Assembly (NCBI GenBank): GCA_040751795.1
Contig: JBFMHR010000003.1
Coordinates: 264,421-328,420 of the forward strand
Length of the DNA: 64,000 bases
Direction: 5' to 3'
Origin: Thermoplasmatota archaeon
GTDB taxonomy: Archaea > Thermoplasmatota > Thermoplasmata > UBA10834
Positions within the stretch are counted from its first letter, which is position 1; every line of letters begins with the position of its first letter. Below, one piece after another: positions 26,621 through 36,754 of the stretch. The translations under genes and the position numbers were made by a program. Below the pieces are notes generated by a model that made no database searches, was not told the origin of the DNA, and saw nothing but the letters and a program-made list of their open reading frames with translations.

Positions 26621-27703
26621 TCAGGCCCCCTTCTTCCGGTACCTGTGGGCGATGTAGCAGCTCCCCTCGCGGGACACCATGCAGGGGCCCATTGGGGTCG
26701 CAGGGGTGCAGGCGTTGCCGAACAGGGGGCACTCCTCGCTCGTCAGGATGCCTCGCAGCATCTCCCCGCACCTGCAGCCCTCCACCTCGCCGTACTCCTT
26801 CTCCTCCACGGGCCTGAGCAGGTCCTCGAACCTCCGCCTCGCGTCGTGCGCCTCGAACCTGCGCCTCAGGGCGAGCCCGCTGCCTGGTATGATCGGGAAG
26901 CCCCTCCAGAGGACGTCGGACGGCTCGAACACGTCGTCAATCGCCTTCACCGCCGTCGGGTTCCCTTCGCGGTGGACCACCCTGGTGTACTCGTTCTCGA
27001 CCTCAGCCCTGCCCTCCTGGACCTGGCGGGCCAGCATGTACACGGCCATGAGGAGGTCGAGCGGCTCGAAGCCCGCGACGACCTGCGGGATCTTGTACTG
27101 CTTGGACAGGAACTCGTACGGCTTCGTGCCGATGATGGTGCTCACGTGCCCGGGCTGGATCATGCCCTGGAGCCTCACCTCCCCCATGCCGGCGATGGCC
27201 GCCAGAGCGGGGGGCACGGTCCTGTGGCAGCTGATGACGGAGAAGTTGTCGGGCGGGTCGGAGAGGACCGCCGAGGCGGTCGTCGGCGCCGTCGTCTCGA
27301 ACCCGATGCCCATGAAGACCACCTCCTTCCTCGACCTCCTCGCGAGGGCGACGGCATCGTCCACGCCGAACACTATGTGCACGTCCGCCCCTTCGGCCTT
27401 CGCATCGTTGAGTGAGCCCTCCTCGCCCGGGACCTTCATGACATCGCCGAAGGCCGCGACGGTGACGCCCGCCCTGGCAAGGGCGAGCACCTCCTCCACC
27501 TCCTTGGGCGGCGTGACGCAGACGGGGCACCCTGGCCCCTGCCTTATGTCGACGCCGACGCGCCTGAACTCGGTGTCGAGCCCGAACCTCATCAGGGTGT
27601 CCTGGTGGGTCCCGCAGACGTGCATGACCGTGAGGTCGAGCCCCATGGATTCGAGCCTGTCGAGGACCTTCCTCGATGTCTCCCTGTCCCTCAGCTTATA
27701 CAT
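26621..27703 (-). CDS. hypD: Hydrogenase maturation factor HypD
   Basis: CGTHQD, GPGCPVC and FETT motifs, plus C-terminal Cys motifs. 360 aa. Confidence 0.9.
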   Translation of the reverse strand: MYKLRDRETSRKVLDRLESMGLDLTVMHVCGTHQDTLMRFGLDTEFRRVGVDIRQGPGCPVCVTPPKEVEEVLALARAGVTVAAFGDVMKVPGEEGSLNDAKAEGADVHIVFGVDDAVALARRSRKEVVFMGIGFETTAPTTASAVLSDPPDNFSVISCHRTVPPALAAIAGMGEVRLQGMIQPGHVSTIIGTKPYEFLSKQYKIPQVVAGFEPLDLLMAVYMLARQVQEGRAEVENEYTRVVHREGNPTAVKAIDDVFEPSDVLWRGFPIIPGSGLALRRRFEAHDARRRFEDLLRPVEEKEYGEVEGCRCGEMLRGILTSEECPLFGNACTPATPMGPCMVSREGSCYIAHRYRKKGA

Positions 27704-28070
27704 CCGGCACCACGACCCTGAGGTTCTTCACGGTGCATTCCCTCCCGCCAGAAATCCTGGCGAGCCCGCCGCACTTAGGGCACTCGAGTATGGGGACAGA
27801 CCGGTGAGGCGTGTCCTCGGAGGGGGACATGGCCCCCCTGAACCCGCAGTCGCACTCGATGGTCCCCTTGACTGGGACGATTGTCAGCTTCGACCCCTTG
27901 AGGATGCTGTCCTTGGTGAGCACCTCGTAGGCGAACCTGAGCTGCTCCTCGCCGAGCATGGTGAACTCCCCGAGCTCGAGGACCACCTCCTCGACCCTCT
28001 CGGCCTTCCACTTCCTGGCCTCATCGACGATGCCATCGACCATCTGGCTCATGACGGAGAACTCGTGCAT
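27696..28070 (-). CDS. hypA: Hydrogenase nickel incorporation protein HypA
   Basis: MHEFS N-terminus and a CxxC...CxxC zinc site. 124 aa. Confidence 0.85.
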   Translation of the reverse strand: MHEFSVMSQMVDGIVDEARKWKAERVEEVVLELGEFTMLGEEQLRFAYEVLTKDSILKGSKLTIVPVKGTIECDCGFRGAMSPSEDTPHRSVPILECPKCGGLARISGGRECTVKNLRVVVPDV

Positions 28071-28073
28071 CGC

Positions 28074-28301
28074 CTAGGCCCCCGTGTCCCCCTGCGAGAG
28101 GAGCTGCCGGAACAGATCCAGGGTCTTCTCGGCATCCTCCCTGTCGAGTATCTCTATGGCGTAGCCGGCGTGGACGATGACGAAGTCCCCGACCTTCGCG
28201 TCGACGAGCGACACGTTGGCGGTCCTGGTCACGCCGCCGAAGTCGACGGTCGCCATCACGCCGTCTATGGACTTGACCTCGGCTGGGACGGCAAGGCACA
28301 T
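28074..28301 (-). CDS. hypC: Hydrogenase assembly chaperone HypC
   Basis: Characteristic MCLAVP N-terminus. 75 aa. Confidence 0.85.
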   Translation of the reverse strand: MCLAVPAEVKSIDGVMATVDFGGVTRTANVSLVDAKVGDFVIVHAGYAIEILDREDAEKTLDLFRQLLSQGDTGA

Positions 28302-28336
28302 CGGACGGTCAGTATGTGGGTCCCGTTGATAAACAT

Positions 28337-30544
28337 TTAGCCGAGCCGCGCGCCAGCTATCGCGTTCTGGCCGGTCGATATCCCGCCGTCCCCGTTGGGG
28401 ACCCTCTCATCCCCGACGAACTCGAGCCCCCTCGCCTCGACCGCCTGCTTCACCCACGCGGTCACGGGCCCGCTGAACGACACGCCGCCGGTGAGGCCAA
28501 CCTGTCTCAGCCCCTCCGACGAGGCGCGGTCACAAGCCCGGTCCGCGAGTCCCGAAACGAGCGTCTTCACGAACGATGCGGCTGCGTCCGCCCTCTCCCG
28601 GTCGGACTCGGGTTTGAGCCCCATGAGCTGCGACAGCATCGGCACGGTCTGGGCCACTTCCACCTTCCCGTCCATCCTGAACTCCAGGTCGAAGAGTACG
28701 TCGGGCCTCCCCGCCTCCAGCCACCTCTCGAGCTTGATCGCCGGCTCGCCCTCGTAGGTCCTCCTGCAGCAGACGCCCAGGATGCACGAGACCGCGTCGA
28801 GGACGCGGCCCATGCTCGAGGCCGTCACGCTCCTCGGGAGCATCTTCGCGTAGATGTCTGCGGCCTCCCCGTCGACCATCGTCGGCTCCATCCCCGCCAT
28901 GAGCTGCACTGCGGTGACGACCCTCCTAGGATCGGTCACAGCCCTGTCACCGCCGAGTAGCGGGATACCCTGGAGGGTCCCGAACCGCACATAGCCGTCG
29001 TAGTCCGCGACCATGCTCTCCCCCCCCCACGAGGTCCCGTCGTCGCCGTAGCCAGTGCCGTCCCAGGTGAGGCACGCGAGCGGCCCATCGATGCCCCTGT
29101 CTATCTTGAGCGCGGCCGCGTGCGCGTGGTAGTGCTGCGTCTCGAACATCGGGCAACCGAACTCCTTCGCGAGCCTGCGCGCTACGATGCGGGTCGAGTA
29201 CCTCGGGTGCTTGTCGAGGCCTATGGCCTCGACCTCCTTCACTCCGAGCAGCCTCGCGAGGTGGTGGACCGCGTCGTCGAGGTACTGCAGCGTAGGGTGC
29301 TGCTGCGACTCGCCGACGTACTGTGTCAGGAACACCTCGCCGTTCCTGCTGACCGAGCCGGTGACGTCCCACTGGGCCCCGACACCGACCACGGAGCGCC
29401 CGTGGTTCGCCTTGATCGGGACGGGGACGAACCCCCTGGACTTGCGCGTGAAGTTGGTCAGCCCGGAGTTGACCTTGACGACCGTGTCGTCGCACCGGTG
29501 GATGATCCGCCTGTTGTGCAGGAGGTAGGCGTCGAGCCCCAGCTCGAACGCCTTCTCGTTCTCGACCACCATCGGCTCGCCCGGCGGGTTGGCCGAGGTC
29601 ATTATCACCCCGTCGGCCCTGAGGTGCCTGAACATGAGCAGGTGCGCTGCGGAGTAGGGGAGCATGACGCCGACGTTGCCGAGGCCGGGCGAGACCTTCT
29701 CCAGCTCCTCGGCCCTCTCCGGCCTCTTGCGCAGAAGGACAATCGGGCGCTGCGGGGATGTCAGGAGCACCCGCTCCTGGTCGCCAACGGCGGCGTATTC
29801 CTCGACGGTGCGGAGGTCCCGCATCATGACCGCGTAGGGCTTGTCACCGCGCCGGTAGACCTTCCTCAGCCTCGGGGCGTTCGAGAGGGTGCAGACTATG
29901 TGCATGCCGCCCCACCCCTTGAGGAGGCCGACGGAGCCGCCGTCCACCCTCTTCGCGAACTCCTCGAACGGGTCGCCCGGGACGACGTCCCGGGCGTTAT
30001 CATATAACGTGTACGTAGGGCCGCATGCCGGGCAGGACAGGGTCTGCGCGTGGAACCGCCGGTCCTCGGGCGACAAGTACTCCCCGTGACACGACGGGCA
30101 TGGGGGGAAGTCCGACATGCTCGTCCTCGCCCTGTCGAACGGCACATCTGCAATGACGGTGAACCTCGCCCCGCACTCCGTGCAGTTGGTGAAGGGGAAG
30201 AGGTGCCTCCTGTTCCCCTCCTCGTTGAAGTCGTCGGCGCATCGCTGGCATATCGCGGTGTCGGTCGGGATGAGGGACACTCTCCTCCCATCTGTGCTCT
30301 CCGCGATTCTGAACTCCCCGAGCTCTTCCTCGGTGTCCTCGATGTCCGCCCGGTCGATCCTGGCCAGCGACGGCAGCGCCTCCCTTAGGCGCCGGAGGAA
30401 CTCCTCGGCGTCCCTGTCGACGTGGACCTCGACGTTGGAGCCGTTGTTCAGGACGTACCCCTTCAGGCCCATGGCCTTCGCGACCCTGAACACGGTGGGC
30501 CTGAAGCCGACCCCCTGGACTACGCCGTACACGGTTACCTTCAT
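28337..30544 (-). CDS. hypF: Carbamoyltransferase HypF
   Basis: Acylphosphatase domain (VQGVGFR), two CxxC...CxxC zinc fingers, YrdC-like and Kae1-like domains. 735 aa. Confidence 0.9.
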   Translation of the reverse strand: MKVTVYGVVQGVGFRPTVFRVAKAMGLKGYVLNNGSNVEVHVDRDAEEFLRRLREALPSLARIDRADIEDTEEELGEFRIAESTDGRRVSLIPTDTAICQRCADDFNEEGNRRHLFPFTNCTECGARFTVIADVPFDRARTSMSDFPPCPSCHGEYLSPEDRRFHAQTLSCPACGPTYTLYDNARDVVPGDPFEEFAKRVDGGSVGLLKGWGGMHIVCTLSNAPRLRKVYRRGDKPYAVMMRDLRTVEEYAAVGDQERVLLTSPQRPIVLLRKRPERAEELEKVSPGLGNVGVMLPYSAAHLLMFRHLRADGVIMTSANPPGEPMVVENEKAFELGLDAYLLHNRRIIHRCDDTVVKVNSGLTNFTRKSRGFVPVPIKANHGRSVVGVGAQWDVTGSVSRNGEVFLTQYVGESQQHPTLQYLDDAVHHLARLLGVKEVEAIGLDKHPRYSTRIVARRLAKEFGCPMFETQHYHAHAAALKIDRGIDGPLACLTWDGTGYGDDGTSWGGESMVADYDGYVRFGTLQGIPLLGGDRAVTDPRRVVTAVQLMAGMEPTMVDGEAADIYAKMLPRSVTASSMGRVLDAVSCILGVCCRRTYEGEPAIKLERWLEAGRPDVLFDLEFRMDGKVEVAQTVPMLSQLMGLKPESDRERADAAASFVKTLVSGLADRACDRASSEGLRQVGLTGGVSFSGPVTAWVKQAVEARGLEFVGDERVPNGDGGISTGQNAIAGARLG

Positions 30545-30553
30545 CGGCTACCC

Positions 30554-31228
30554 CTACAGCCCGAGCGCGGACACGAGCTCGTCCAACCCCCTGCCGCGCC
30601 TCGTGTCCATCATTATGACCTTGGCCCCGGGGTTGATCCTCCTCGCGTCCCTCTCGAGTATCCTCGGATCGACGCCCATCGCCTCCGCGAGGTCGACCTT
30701 GTTGATGACTATGATGTCCGAGAACGCGAATATCGGCGGGTGCTTCCTGACCATGTCGTCGCCCTCCGTGACGCTGATGACCACGACGCGCACGTGCGAG
30801 CCGACGGGGAAGTCGACGGGGCAGACCAGGTTGCCCACGTTCTCAATGAAGAGGTAGTCCAGCTCCTCCAGGGGGAGGTCCTCGAGAGCGTGGTCCACCA
30901 GGTGGGCGTCGAGGTGGCACTCCTTCCCCGTGTTGATGTTCGCGGCGGGTATGCCGTGCGATACGAACCTCTGGTAGTCGTCGTCGCCCGAGACGTCCCC
31001 CGCGATGGCCGCCGCCCTCTTGCCCTTGGACCTCAGGTGGTCCACGAGCTTCTCGATGATCAGGGTCTTGCCGGAACCGATGGCCCCTAGGAAGTCGAAC
31101 GCCCTGATGCCGTGCTCGTCGAGGAGGGCCCGGTTGTGGTCGGCGATGTGCCGGTTCTCGGAGAGGATGTCCTTCTCCATCTCGACCGTGACGACCTTGT
31201 GCATGCCCGTGAATCCGGCCTGGCCCAT
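30554..31228 (-). CDS. hypB: Hydrogenase nickel incorporation GTPase HypB
   Basis: P-loop GAIGSGKT. ENVGNLVCP metal-binding motif. Confidence 0.9.
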   Translation of the reverse strand: MGQAGFTGMHKVVTVEMEKDILSENRHIADHNRALLDEHGIRAFDFLGAIGSGKTLIIEKLVDHLRSKGKRAAAIAGDVSGDDDYQRFVSHGIPAANINTGKECHLDAHLVDHALEDLPLEELDYLFIENVGNLVCPVDFPVGSHVRVVVISVTEGDDMVRKHPPIFAFSDIIVINKVDLAEAMGVDPRILERDARRINPGAKVIMMDTRRGRGLDELVSALGL

Positions 31229-31292
31229 TAATATTTTGGCCCGGCGGGCCCGTGCGCCGTCGCGACGCGTGAGTTAAAAGGATGGGAGGGGG

Positions 31293-32708
31293 CTACTTGC
31301 CCCTCTCCTTCTTCTCCTCAACTGGTTTCTCCTCTTCCTCGACGGCCCTGGTGACCTTGGCCTTCAGCTCCTTGTTCTCGTCGAGGACGCCTGTGAGGAC
31401 GCCCATGATGTCCTTGAAGCCGAGGTCGTTCGGCCTCGCGAGCCTGTTCAGGACGGACATGGCGGAGCTGTCGCTTGCGACGCTCATGCTCTCGATCATC
31501 TGCCCGAGGTCGAAGCCCGCCCTCGCGCTGCTGCCGCCCGCGAACACCTTGAGGTCCGCGCTGCTGAGCGCCTTGGCGGTCTCTATGCCGATCTCCTTCT
31601 GCATGTCGACCAGCTTCTCGGCCACGAGGGCCCTGATGGCCTCGGGGCCGAACCTGTTGAGGGCGTCCTGGAGCTTCATCTTGGCCTCGGCATCGGCGAG
31701 ACCCCTCTCCCTGATGGGGGACGCCTCACCCTTCGCCTTCTCGGTCAGGTAGATCCTGTCGCCCTCACCGTCGAGCCTCTTCTGCTCCTTGTTGATCTCC
31801 TCGACCTCCTTGTTCTGGTTGGCGACGACGAGGGCCTTCTGCTTCATGATCTCGGCCATCTTGACCTCTTCGACCCTGACGACCTCGTACTGCTCGGCGA
31901 CGGCGACCTTCTGCTGCTCGGCGACGGCCTTGTCCTTCTCCTGCTCCCTCTTGGCCACCTCCTCGTCCCTGCGGATCTCCCGCTTCTTGGCCTCCTCGTC
32001 CGTCTCCGCCTCCTTGAGCCTGGCGATCTTCCTCTGCTCGGCGTTCTTCTGGCGCGCCTCGCTGTTGATCTGCTCCTCGATGATGGAGGAGATGTCCTTG
32101 ATCACGTGCGGGGGCTCCTCCTCGCCGTACTCGGCCTTGGTCGGGTCCTTGAAGTCCACCAGCTCGATGTCCTTGAGGTCTATGCCCCAGTGCTGGATGG
32201 CCTCCCTCAGGGAGGGGGTCACCGTCTCGATGATGTCCTCCCTGTTGTTGATGATCTCCCTGATTGTCTTCTTGGTGCACGCGTCCCTGGTGGTCGCCAT
32301 CACAATCTGCGCCACCTGCTGCTCGAGCTCGTGGATGTTGCCCCCGAACCTCTGGGCGGCCTTCACCGGCTCCGTCACAGCGACGTACGTGATGATGTTG
32401 CAGAGGAACCTCGCCCTGTCGATGTCGAACGACATGAAGTTCGCGACATCGATGGTGATCATCCTGAGCGGGACCCTGTGGACCGTCATGCCCAGCCCGA
32501 ACAGGAAGAACCAGCTCGGGATCTTGAAGTACGCAGCCTTGCCCACAGTGTTGTACTCCTTGTGCGGCGAGAGCACGCGCATCTTGCCCTTCTGGATCAC
32601 GACGTCGACGTAGTCCGCGGGGACGATGGTGTACATCGCCGCGAAGATCGCGAACAGCAGCAGGATGCTGAAGAGGATGATCAGTATGAGCATCCAGGTC
32701 TCGATCAT
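31293..32708 (-). CDS. SPFH/band-7 (flotillin-like) membrane protein
   Basis: N-terminal TM helix, SPFH domain, long Glu/Lys-rich coiled coil. 471 aa. Confidence 0.85.
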   Translation of the reverse strand: MIETWMLILIILFSILLLFAIFAAMYTIVPADYVDVVIQKGKMRVLSPHKEYNTVGKAAYFKIPSWFFLFGLGMTVHRVPLRMITIDVANFMSFDIDRARFLCNIITYVAVTEPVKAAQRFGGNIHELEQQVAQIVMATTRDACTKKTIREIINNREDIIETVTPSLREAIQHWGIDLKDIELVDFKDPTKAEYGEEEPPHVIKDISSIIEEQINSEARQKNAEQRKIARLKEAETDEEAKKREIRRDEEVAKREQEKDKAVAEQQKVAVAEQYEVVRVEEVKMAEIMKQKALVVANQNKEVEEINKEQKRLDGEGDRIYLTEKAKGEASPIRERGLADAEAKMKLQDALNRFGPEAIRALVAEKLVDMQKEIGIETAKALSSADLKVFAGGSSARAGFDLGQMIESMSVASDSSAMSVLNRLARPNDLGFKDIMGVLTGVLDENKELKAKVTRAVEEEEKPVEEKKERGK

Positions 32709-32956
32709 GCGCTCACCTTCTTCATCGCGGTCAGGACGAGCGTCCCGTCGTACAGCCGCCCCGCGATCATCCGGTGCGGCAGTAGGGTGACGATGTCCTC
32801 CTTCTCGACGTAGATGTCCTTGCCGTCGTTCAGGTCCCTGTACGCGCTCTCCAAGTCCTCGATCGTGCGGAAGATGATCCTGTCCCCCTTGGCCTTGTCG
32901 CCAAGGATGAGCTCCTCTACGGAGTAGATCTTCTTCCCCTCCGGGCTCTGTCTCAT
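32705..32956 (-). CDS. Small soluble hypothetical protein translationally coupled (ATGA overlap) to the flotillin gene
   Basis: 83-aa ORF with a 4-nt overlap. No recognisable motif. Confidence 0.45.
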   Translation of the reverse strand: MRQSPEGKKIYSVEELILGDKAKGDRIIFRTIEDLESAYRDLNDGKDIYVEKEDIVTLLPHRMIAGRLYDGTLVLTAMKKVSA

Positions 32957-33099
32957 GGTACCAATTCCCCCAGCTTCATTTCCTGGCGCGGCGCCTAGCT
33001 GCCGCGCCTTCTGGCCTCAAGAACGTCGTCGACCTTTATTAACACAGAGGGTGGGAATCCGTGCATCGGCTGCGCCGGAGCTGGCACATCAGCGCCCCC

Positions 33100-33528
33100 T
33101 CATATCCTGGAGCCGATGAGGAAGAGCTGGGGCAGGGATCCGACGAGGGCTGTCAGGAAGATCAGGGCAATGGCGAGGACGAAGTGCATCGTCACGATGG
33201 AGACGATGATCGAGATTGCGAGGACAACCAGGGACACGACCCAGACCGCCGTGAACTTGACCGCCTTCCGCCCGGGCGAGCCGCCGATCCAGGGGAAGTC
33301 GTTCAGGAAGTCGTCCCTGCCCTCCGCGCGCTGCATCTTGCGGATCATGTGCTCGCTGGGCGGCCTGGAGAGGAGCCACGCTCCGCACCTGGGGCAGTTC
33401 GTCCCCCGTTGGTTGAAGCCAATCCGCTTCTCGCACTTGGGGCACCGCAAGTCCTCAGCTCCGTCGTCGTATGATAGCAGGTGGCGCCTCATGAACCCTT
33501 CTGACCGGTCATGGCCCGTCAGATCCAT
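33100..33528 (-). CDS. Zinc-ribbon (CPKC...CPRC) membrane protein
   Basis: N-terminal CxxC-x14-CxxC followed by two hydrophobic helices. Start at ATG 33528. Overlaps the upstream small membrane ORF by 10 nt. Confidence 0.5.
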   Translation of the reverse strand: MDLTGHDRSEGFMRRHLLSYDDGAEDLRCPKCEKRIGFNQRGTNCPRCGAWLLSRPPSEHMIRKMQRAEGRDDFLNDFPWIGGSPGRKAVKFTAVWVVSLVVLAISIIVSIVTMHFVLAIALIFLTALVGSLPQLFLIGSRI

Positions 33529-33824
33529 CTGTCGGAAGGGTAGGAGTCCTTGTGGAGGACCAGGGACACGAGGGCGAAGGCGATCACGAAGTTGAAGAAC
33601 ACCAGGAAGAAAGTGACGATGTACCCGCCCGACATGAAGGGGTTGTCGAACTCCTCTTCTGCCCACGGGACGACCCAGATGAGGACCAGGGCGTCCGCGA
33701 CCACGGTGGCCAGGGCCGCCACCGCGGCGATGGCCATCCGCCTTCCCCGCTCCTCATCGTCCGCGGCGAAGTCATCCTTCAGTTTCGGCTCCTCGGAGCT
33801 CATCATCCTCTGGGAGGTGAGCAT
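33519..33824 (-). CDS. Small membrane protein
   Basis: 101 aa with two hydrophobic segments. First gene of the flotillin-containing run. Confidence 0.4.
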   Translation of the reverse strand: MLTSQRMMSSEEPKLKDDFAADDEERGRRMAIAAVAALATVVADALVLIWVVPWAEEEFDNPFMSGGYIVTFFLVFFNFVIAFALVSLVLHKDSYPSDRWI

Positions 33825-33932
33825 GCCTGCGCTACAACTATGTTGCGGGACTTGGCGCCCGCAGGGTTGATAACGGCGGACCGGGATTCGGCGAGTCGCC
33901 AGGGTTTCCCGTGGCTGAGGGGCAGGACCGTC

Positions 33933-34871
33933 ATGAGTGTGAGGTTCAGGAAGTACGACCCCGCGCTAGATTTCCTCGGGGTCCGGAAGATGCTGGTGGA
34001 AACGTTCGACGCATTCGACAGGCCCCTGAACTGGCGGATCGAGAGATGGAACTACGCCAGGCACTTCGAGGCCCCATACCTCTGCCGGGACGAGGAGATC
34101 ACTCCGGAGAAGAGCCGCGACGCCATCCGGTTCTGGGAAGCCTCCGTGGGGATATGGGAGGACGAGGAGGACGGGGTCGTCGGGGCGGTCCACACTGAGC
34201 ATCCCGCGCTCGGGGACGCGTTCATCCAGAGGCACCCTAGGCATCTGGACCTACTCGGGGACATGCTGGACTACGCGGAGTCGCACCTGGCAGACAGGGG
34301 GAGGGGAGTGCTCAGGACATTCGTCTACGAGCACGACAGGGACATGCTGTCCCTGGTGGAGGCCCGCGGCTACAGGAAGATCGAGGAGGACTGGGACTAC
34401 GACCAGGAGATCTCCGTGAGGGACCTGCCCCTTCCGGACCTGCCGAGCGGGTATTCGATAGTCTCGATGGCCGAGATGGACGACCTCGAGGCGAGGGGGC
34501 GGGCGTTCGGCCTGGGCTTCGACCATCCAGAGCCGATCCACTGGGCGCCCGTCCACGTCTACGAGGAGCTCCAGCGCGCTCCCGACTACAGGAGGGGCCT
34601 CGACCTGTGCGCGGTCGCACCTGACGGAGAGATCGCCTCGTTCTGCATTGTGTGGTACGACACCCGCAACAGGATAGGAGTCCTCGAACCGGTCGGGACG
34701 GTCCCGCGGCACAGGAAGATGGGGCTGGCGAAGGCGGTGATATCCGAGGGGGCGAGGCGGATCGCGGCCATGGGCGCCGAGAGGTTGATAGTTGGCGGAG
34801 GTCAGGAGTACTATGGGAAGATGGGATTCCGGAAGACCCACACCTGCTTCGGATGGACGAAGACCATCTGA
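33933..34871 (+). CDS. GNAT-family N-acetyltransferase
   Basis: C-terminal acetyl-CoA binding signature (RHRKMGLAKAV...). Start at ATG 33933, taken from the longer listed ORF. Confidence 0.65.
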   Translation: MSVRFRKYDPALDFLGVRKMLVETFDAFDRPLNWRIERWNYARHFEAPYLCRDEEITPEKSRDAIRFWEASVGIWEDEEDGVVGAVHTEHPALGDAFIQRHPRHLDLLGDMLDYAESHLADRGRGVLRTFVYEHDRDMLSLVEARGYRKIEEDWDYDQEISVRDLPLPDLPSGYSIVSMAEMDDLEARGRAFGLGFDHPEPIHWAPVHVYEELQRAPDYRRGLDLCAVAPDGEIASFCIVWYDTRNRIGVLEPVGTVPRHRKMGLAKAVISEGARRIAAMGAERLIVGGGQEYYGKMGFRKTHTCFGWTKTI

Positions 34872-35231
34872 TCATACCGTCGCGACCGCCATCCGCCTCG
34901 GAATGCTGCCTGGTCCGGGGAACTCTGCAGCTGGTCGGGCGAGATGTGCCTATGAATGGGGCAGAGGGATTCAAGCTCCTGCAGAGCCAATGTGTCCGGA
35001 GCCTGAGGAAATCAAGCGGGACTTCGTACGGGGACGACCCGTTTGAGTCCTCCGCTACCCCCCCTCATCGCCATCAACGAGATCGATCTGCGCCTGAAGG
35101 TTGATCGCCTCAGGCCGGCACGGCAAGCCCCCTTAGATGGACAGCCGCCCAGCAGTAGGCATGTGTCCGACAACTTTAAAGTTCACATACATAATGGGAT
35201 ATATCCGATAATTATTCATATTAGTGGCACA

Positions 35232-35861
35232 ATGAGATATATTGTGACATTCCGACTGAACGGACACGGACTCCCGCGTTACATTCGAGAGGGGGACAAG
35301 GTCGAGCGCATCTATCGGGTACTGCTGAGCAGACGCGGGGCGGGCCAGACGTGGTATCGTATCGCCAAGGCAGCTGATGTGAGCTACGGCTGGGCCCATC
35401 ACATCTTGCAGAACTTGGAGCGCGACGGCCTGATTGATGGGTCAAGGGTAATCGAGCCCCGATCACTGTTCTTGAAGTGGGCGCGGAGAAGGGATCGCAG
35501 GCTATTTCGAGAATACAACATCCAGGAGCCAGATGAACTCATCTCCGAATCGAAACTCGACCACGCATTCACTGGCTACTTCGCCGAGAACCACCTGGGT
35601 CGGTACCTGTTCCCGCGTTTGCGGGAATTCTACGTCAAGGCGGATGACAGAATGAAGTGGCATCAGCTCCTCACGAGGCATGGATATGTAGGCAGGGGGA
35701 ACACGCTGGTTCTCCTGGCCGACGACCATGTGTTCTTCGAAAGACAGAATGTCGACGGCTACCCTCTTGTGTCTACACAGCAGCTGATTGCCGACCTTTA
35801 CCGCACTGGGGCTGAGTGCGCAGAGGCAGCTGACATCTTGGTCTCGAAGGTCTACCCATGA
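35232..35861 (+). CDS. AbiEi-like antitoxin / wHTH transcriptional regulator (type IV toxin-antitoxin, inferred)
   Basis: N-terminal winged helix (ERIYRVLLSRRGAGQTWYRIAKAADVSYGWAHHILQNLERDGLI). 4-nt overlap with the downstream nucleotidyltransferase gene. Local GC is markedly lower than the surroundings. Confidence 0.5.
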   Translation: MRYIVTFRLNGHGLPRYIREGDKVERIYRVLLSRRGAGQTWYRIAKAADVSYGWAHHILQNLERDGLIDGSRVIEPRSLFLKWARRRDRRLFREYNIQEPDELISESKLDHAFTGYFAENHLGRYLFPRLREFYVKADDRMKWHQLLTRHGYVGRGNTLVLLADDHVFFERQNVDGYPLVSTQQLIADLYRTGAECAEAADILVSKVYP

Positions 35862-36658
35862 CCGTACCGCTCTATGATCCGCAGGAAACCGATGCGGCAT
35901 TGACAGCCCTTGGGGAACTCTCGAGGTCGTTGCCAGAACCATTCCTCCTCATGGGTGGATGGGCCGTCTACCTCACCGTCAATGAGTCCTTCAGCAGAGC
36001 ACACGGATCGCCGTATCTCGGTTCCCGGGACATCGACGTATGCTTTCACGTCGAACCCGATCAGACCGTGGAGGCTCTGCGTACCAGCACGTTCGCCAAG
36101 GCCTTGAGCATCGTCAGAGAGGCTGGCTATACACCCCACGGCTCCTTCCGATTCTGCAAGGTGATCCGCAGAGTCGACGGAATGGTTCTGACCGAGGAGG
36201 CAGCGAAGAGGCATCCGCTCCACGAGACCTCCTACCTTTACGTCGATATGATGGTGGACAACGTACATCCGCAACACAAGCACATCTTCAGATGCGACCC
36301 GCTCGATGAACCCCTGGCGGCTCGTGTGTTCGAAAGCGGTGAGGTTGTCCGGCGATCATTGGGGGACTTCAGAGTCCACACTCCTGCTCCGGCGTCCCTG
36401 CTCGCCACAAAACTGAGGTCTATTCCCAAGCGACAACTGGATGACAAGCTCTGGAAGGATGCATGCGATATCTACTCTCTCATATGGCATTCATCGGAGG
36501 ACTATTCGTCAATACTCGCGAAGGTGAGGAAGGAGTATCCCGATGGTTGCTCGGCGGCGCGTGGGGCGATGACGGATGAGGTCGTGGCTCGGGCCGCCCA
36601 TCATATCGGAATCGGGGACGATGAGTTCGCGAGCGTTGTCGATCTCCTGGATGGATGA
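35858..36658 (+). CDS. AbiEii/DUF1814-like nucleotidyltransferase (putative toxin)
   Basis: MGGWAVYL...GSRDIDVCFHV matches the GG-x-AL...R-x-S-x-D-x-D pattern of nucleotidyltransferase-fold toxins. Confidence 0.55.
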   Translation: MTVPLYDPQETDAALTALGELSRSLPEPFLLMGGWAVYLTVNESFSRAHGSPYLGSRDIDVCFHVEPDQTVEALRTSTFAKALSIVREAGYTPHGSFRFCKVIRRVDGMVLTEEAAKRHPLHETSYLYVDMMVDNVHPQHKHIFRCDPLDEPLAARVFESGEVVRRSLGDFRVHTPAPASLLATKLRSIPKRQLDDKLWKDACDIYSLIWHSSEDYSSILAKVRKEYPDGCSAARGAMTDEVVARAAHHIGIGDDEFASVVDLLDG

Positions 36659-36754
36659 CGCGACGCTTTCCGCAGACATCCTCCAGACTCCGCCTGGGCA
36701 GCATGCCCGAAGCCGGAGGATTTCAGACGACGCCATGCCCGGCACCCCCGGTGC

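Noticed and set aside
31229-31292. AAAATATTA immediately before the hypB ATG as a TATA box.
   Set aside because: Too close to the start codon to be a TATA box at about -26. A CTTTTAACT element about 43 nt upstream is a more plausible but unverified promoter. Left unannotated.
35040-35075. Possible direct repeat of the tRNA-Trp 3' end (CCCCCATCG versus CCCCCCTCATCG) marking the far boundary of the low-GC islet.
   Set aside because: Only about 9 of 11 nt match, with no extended similarity. Too weak to call an att site.
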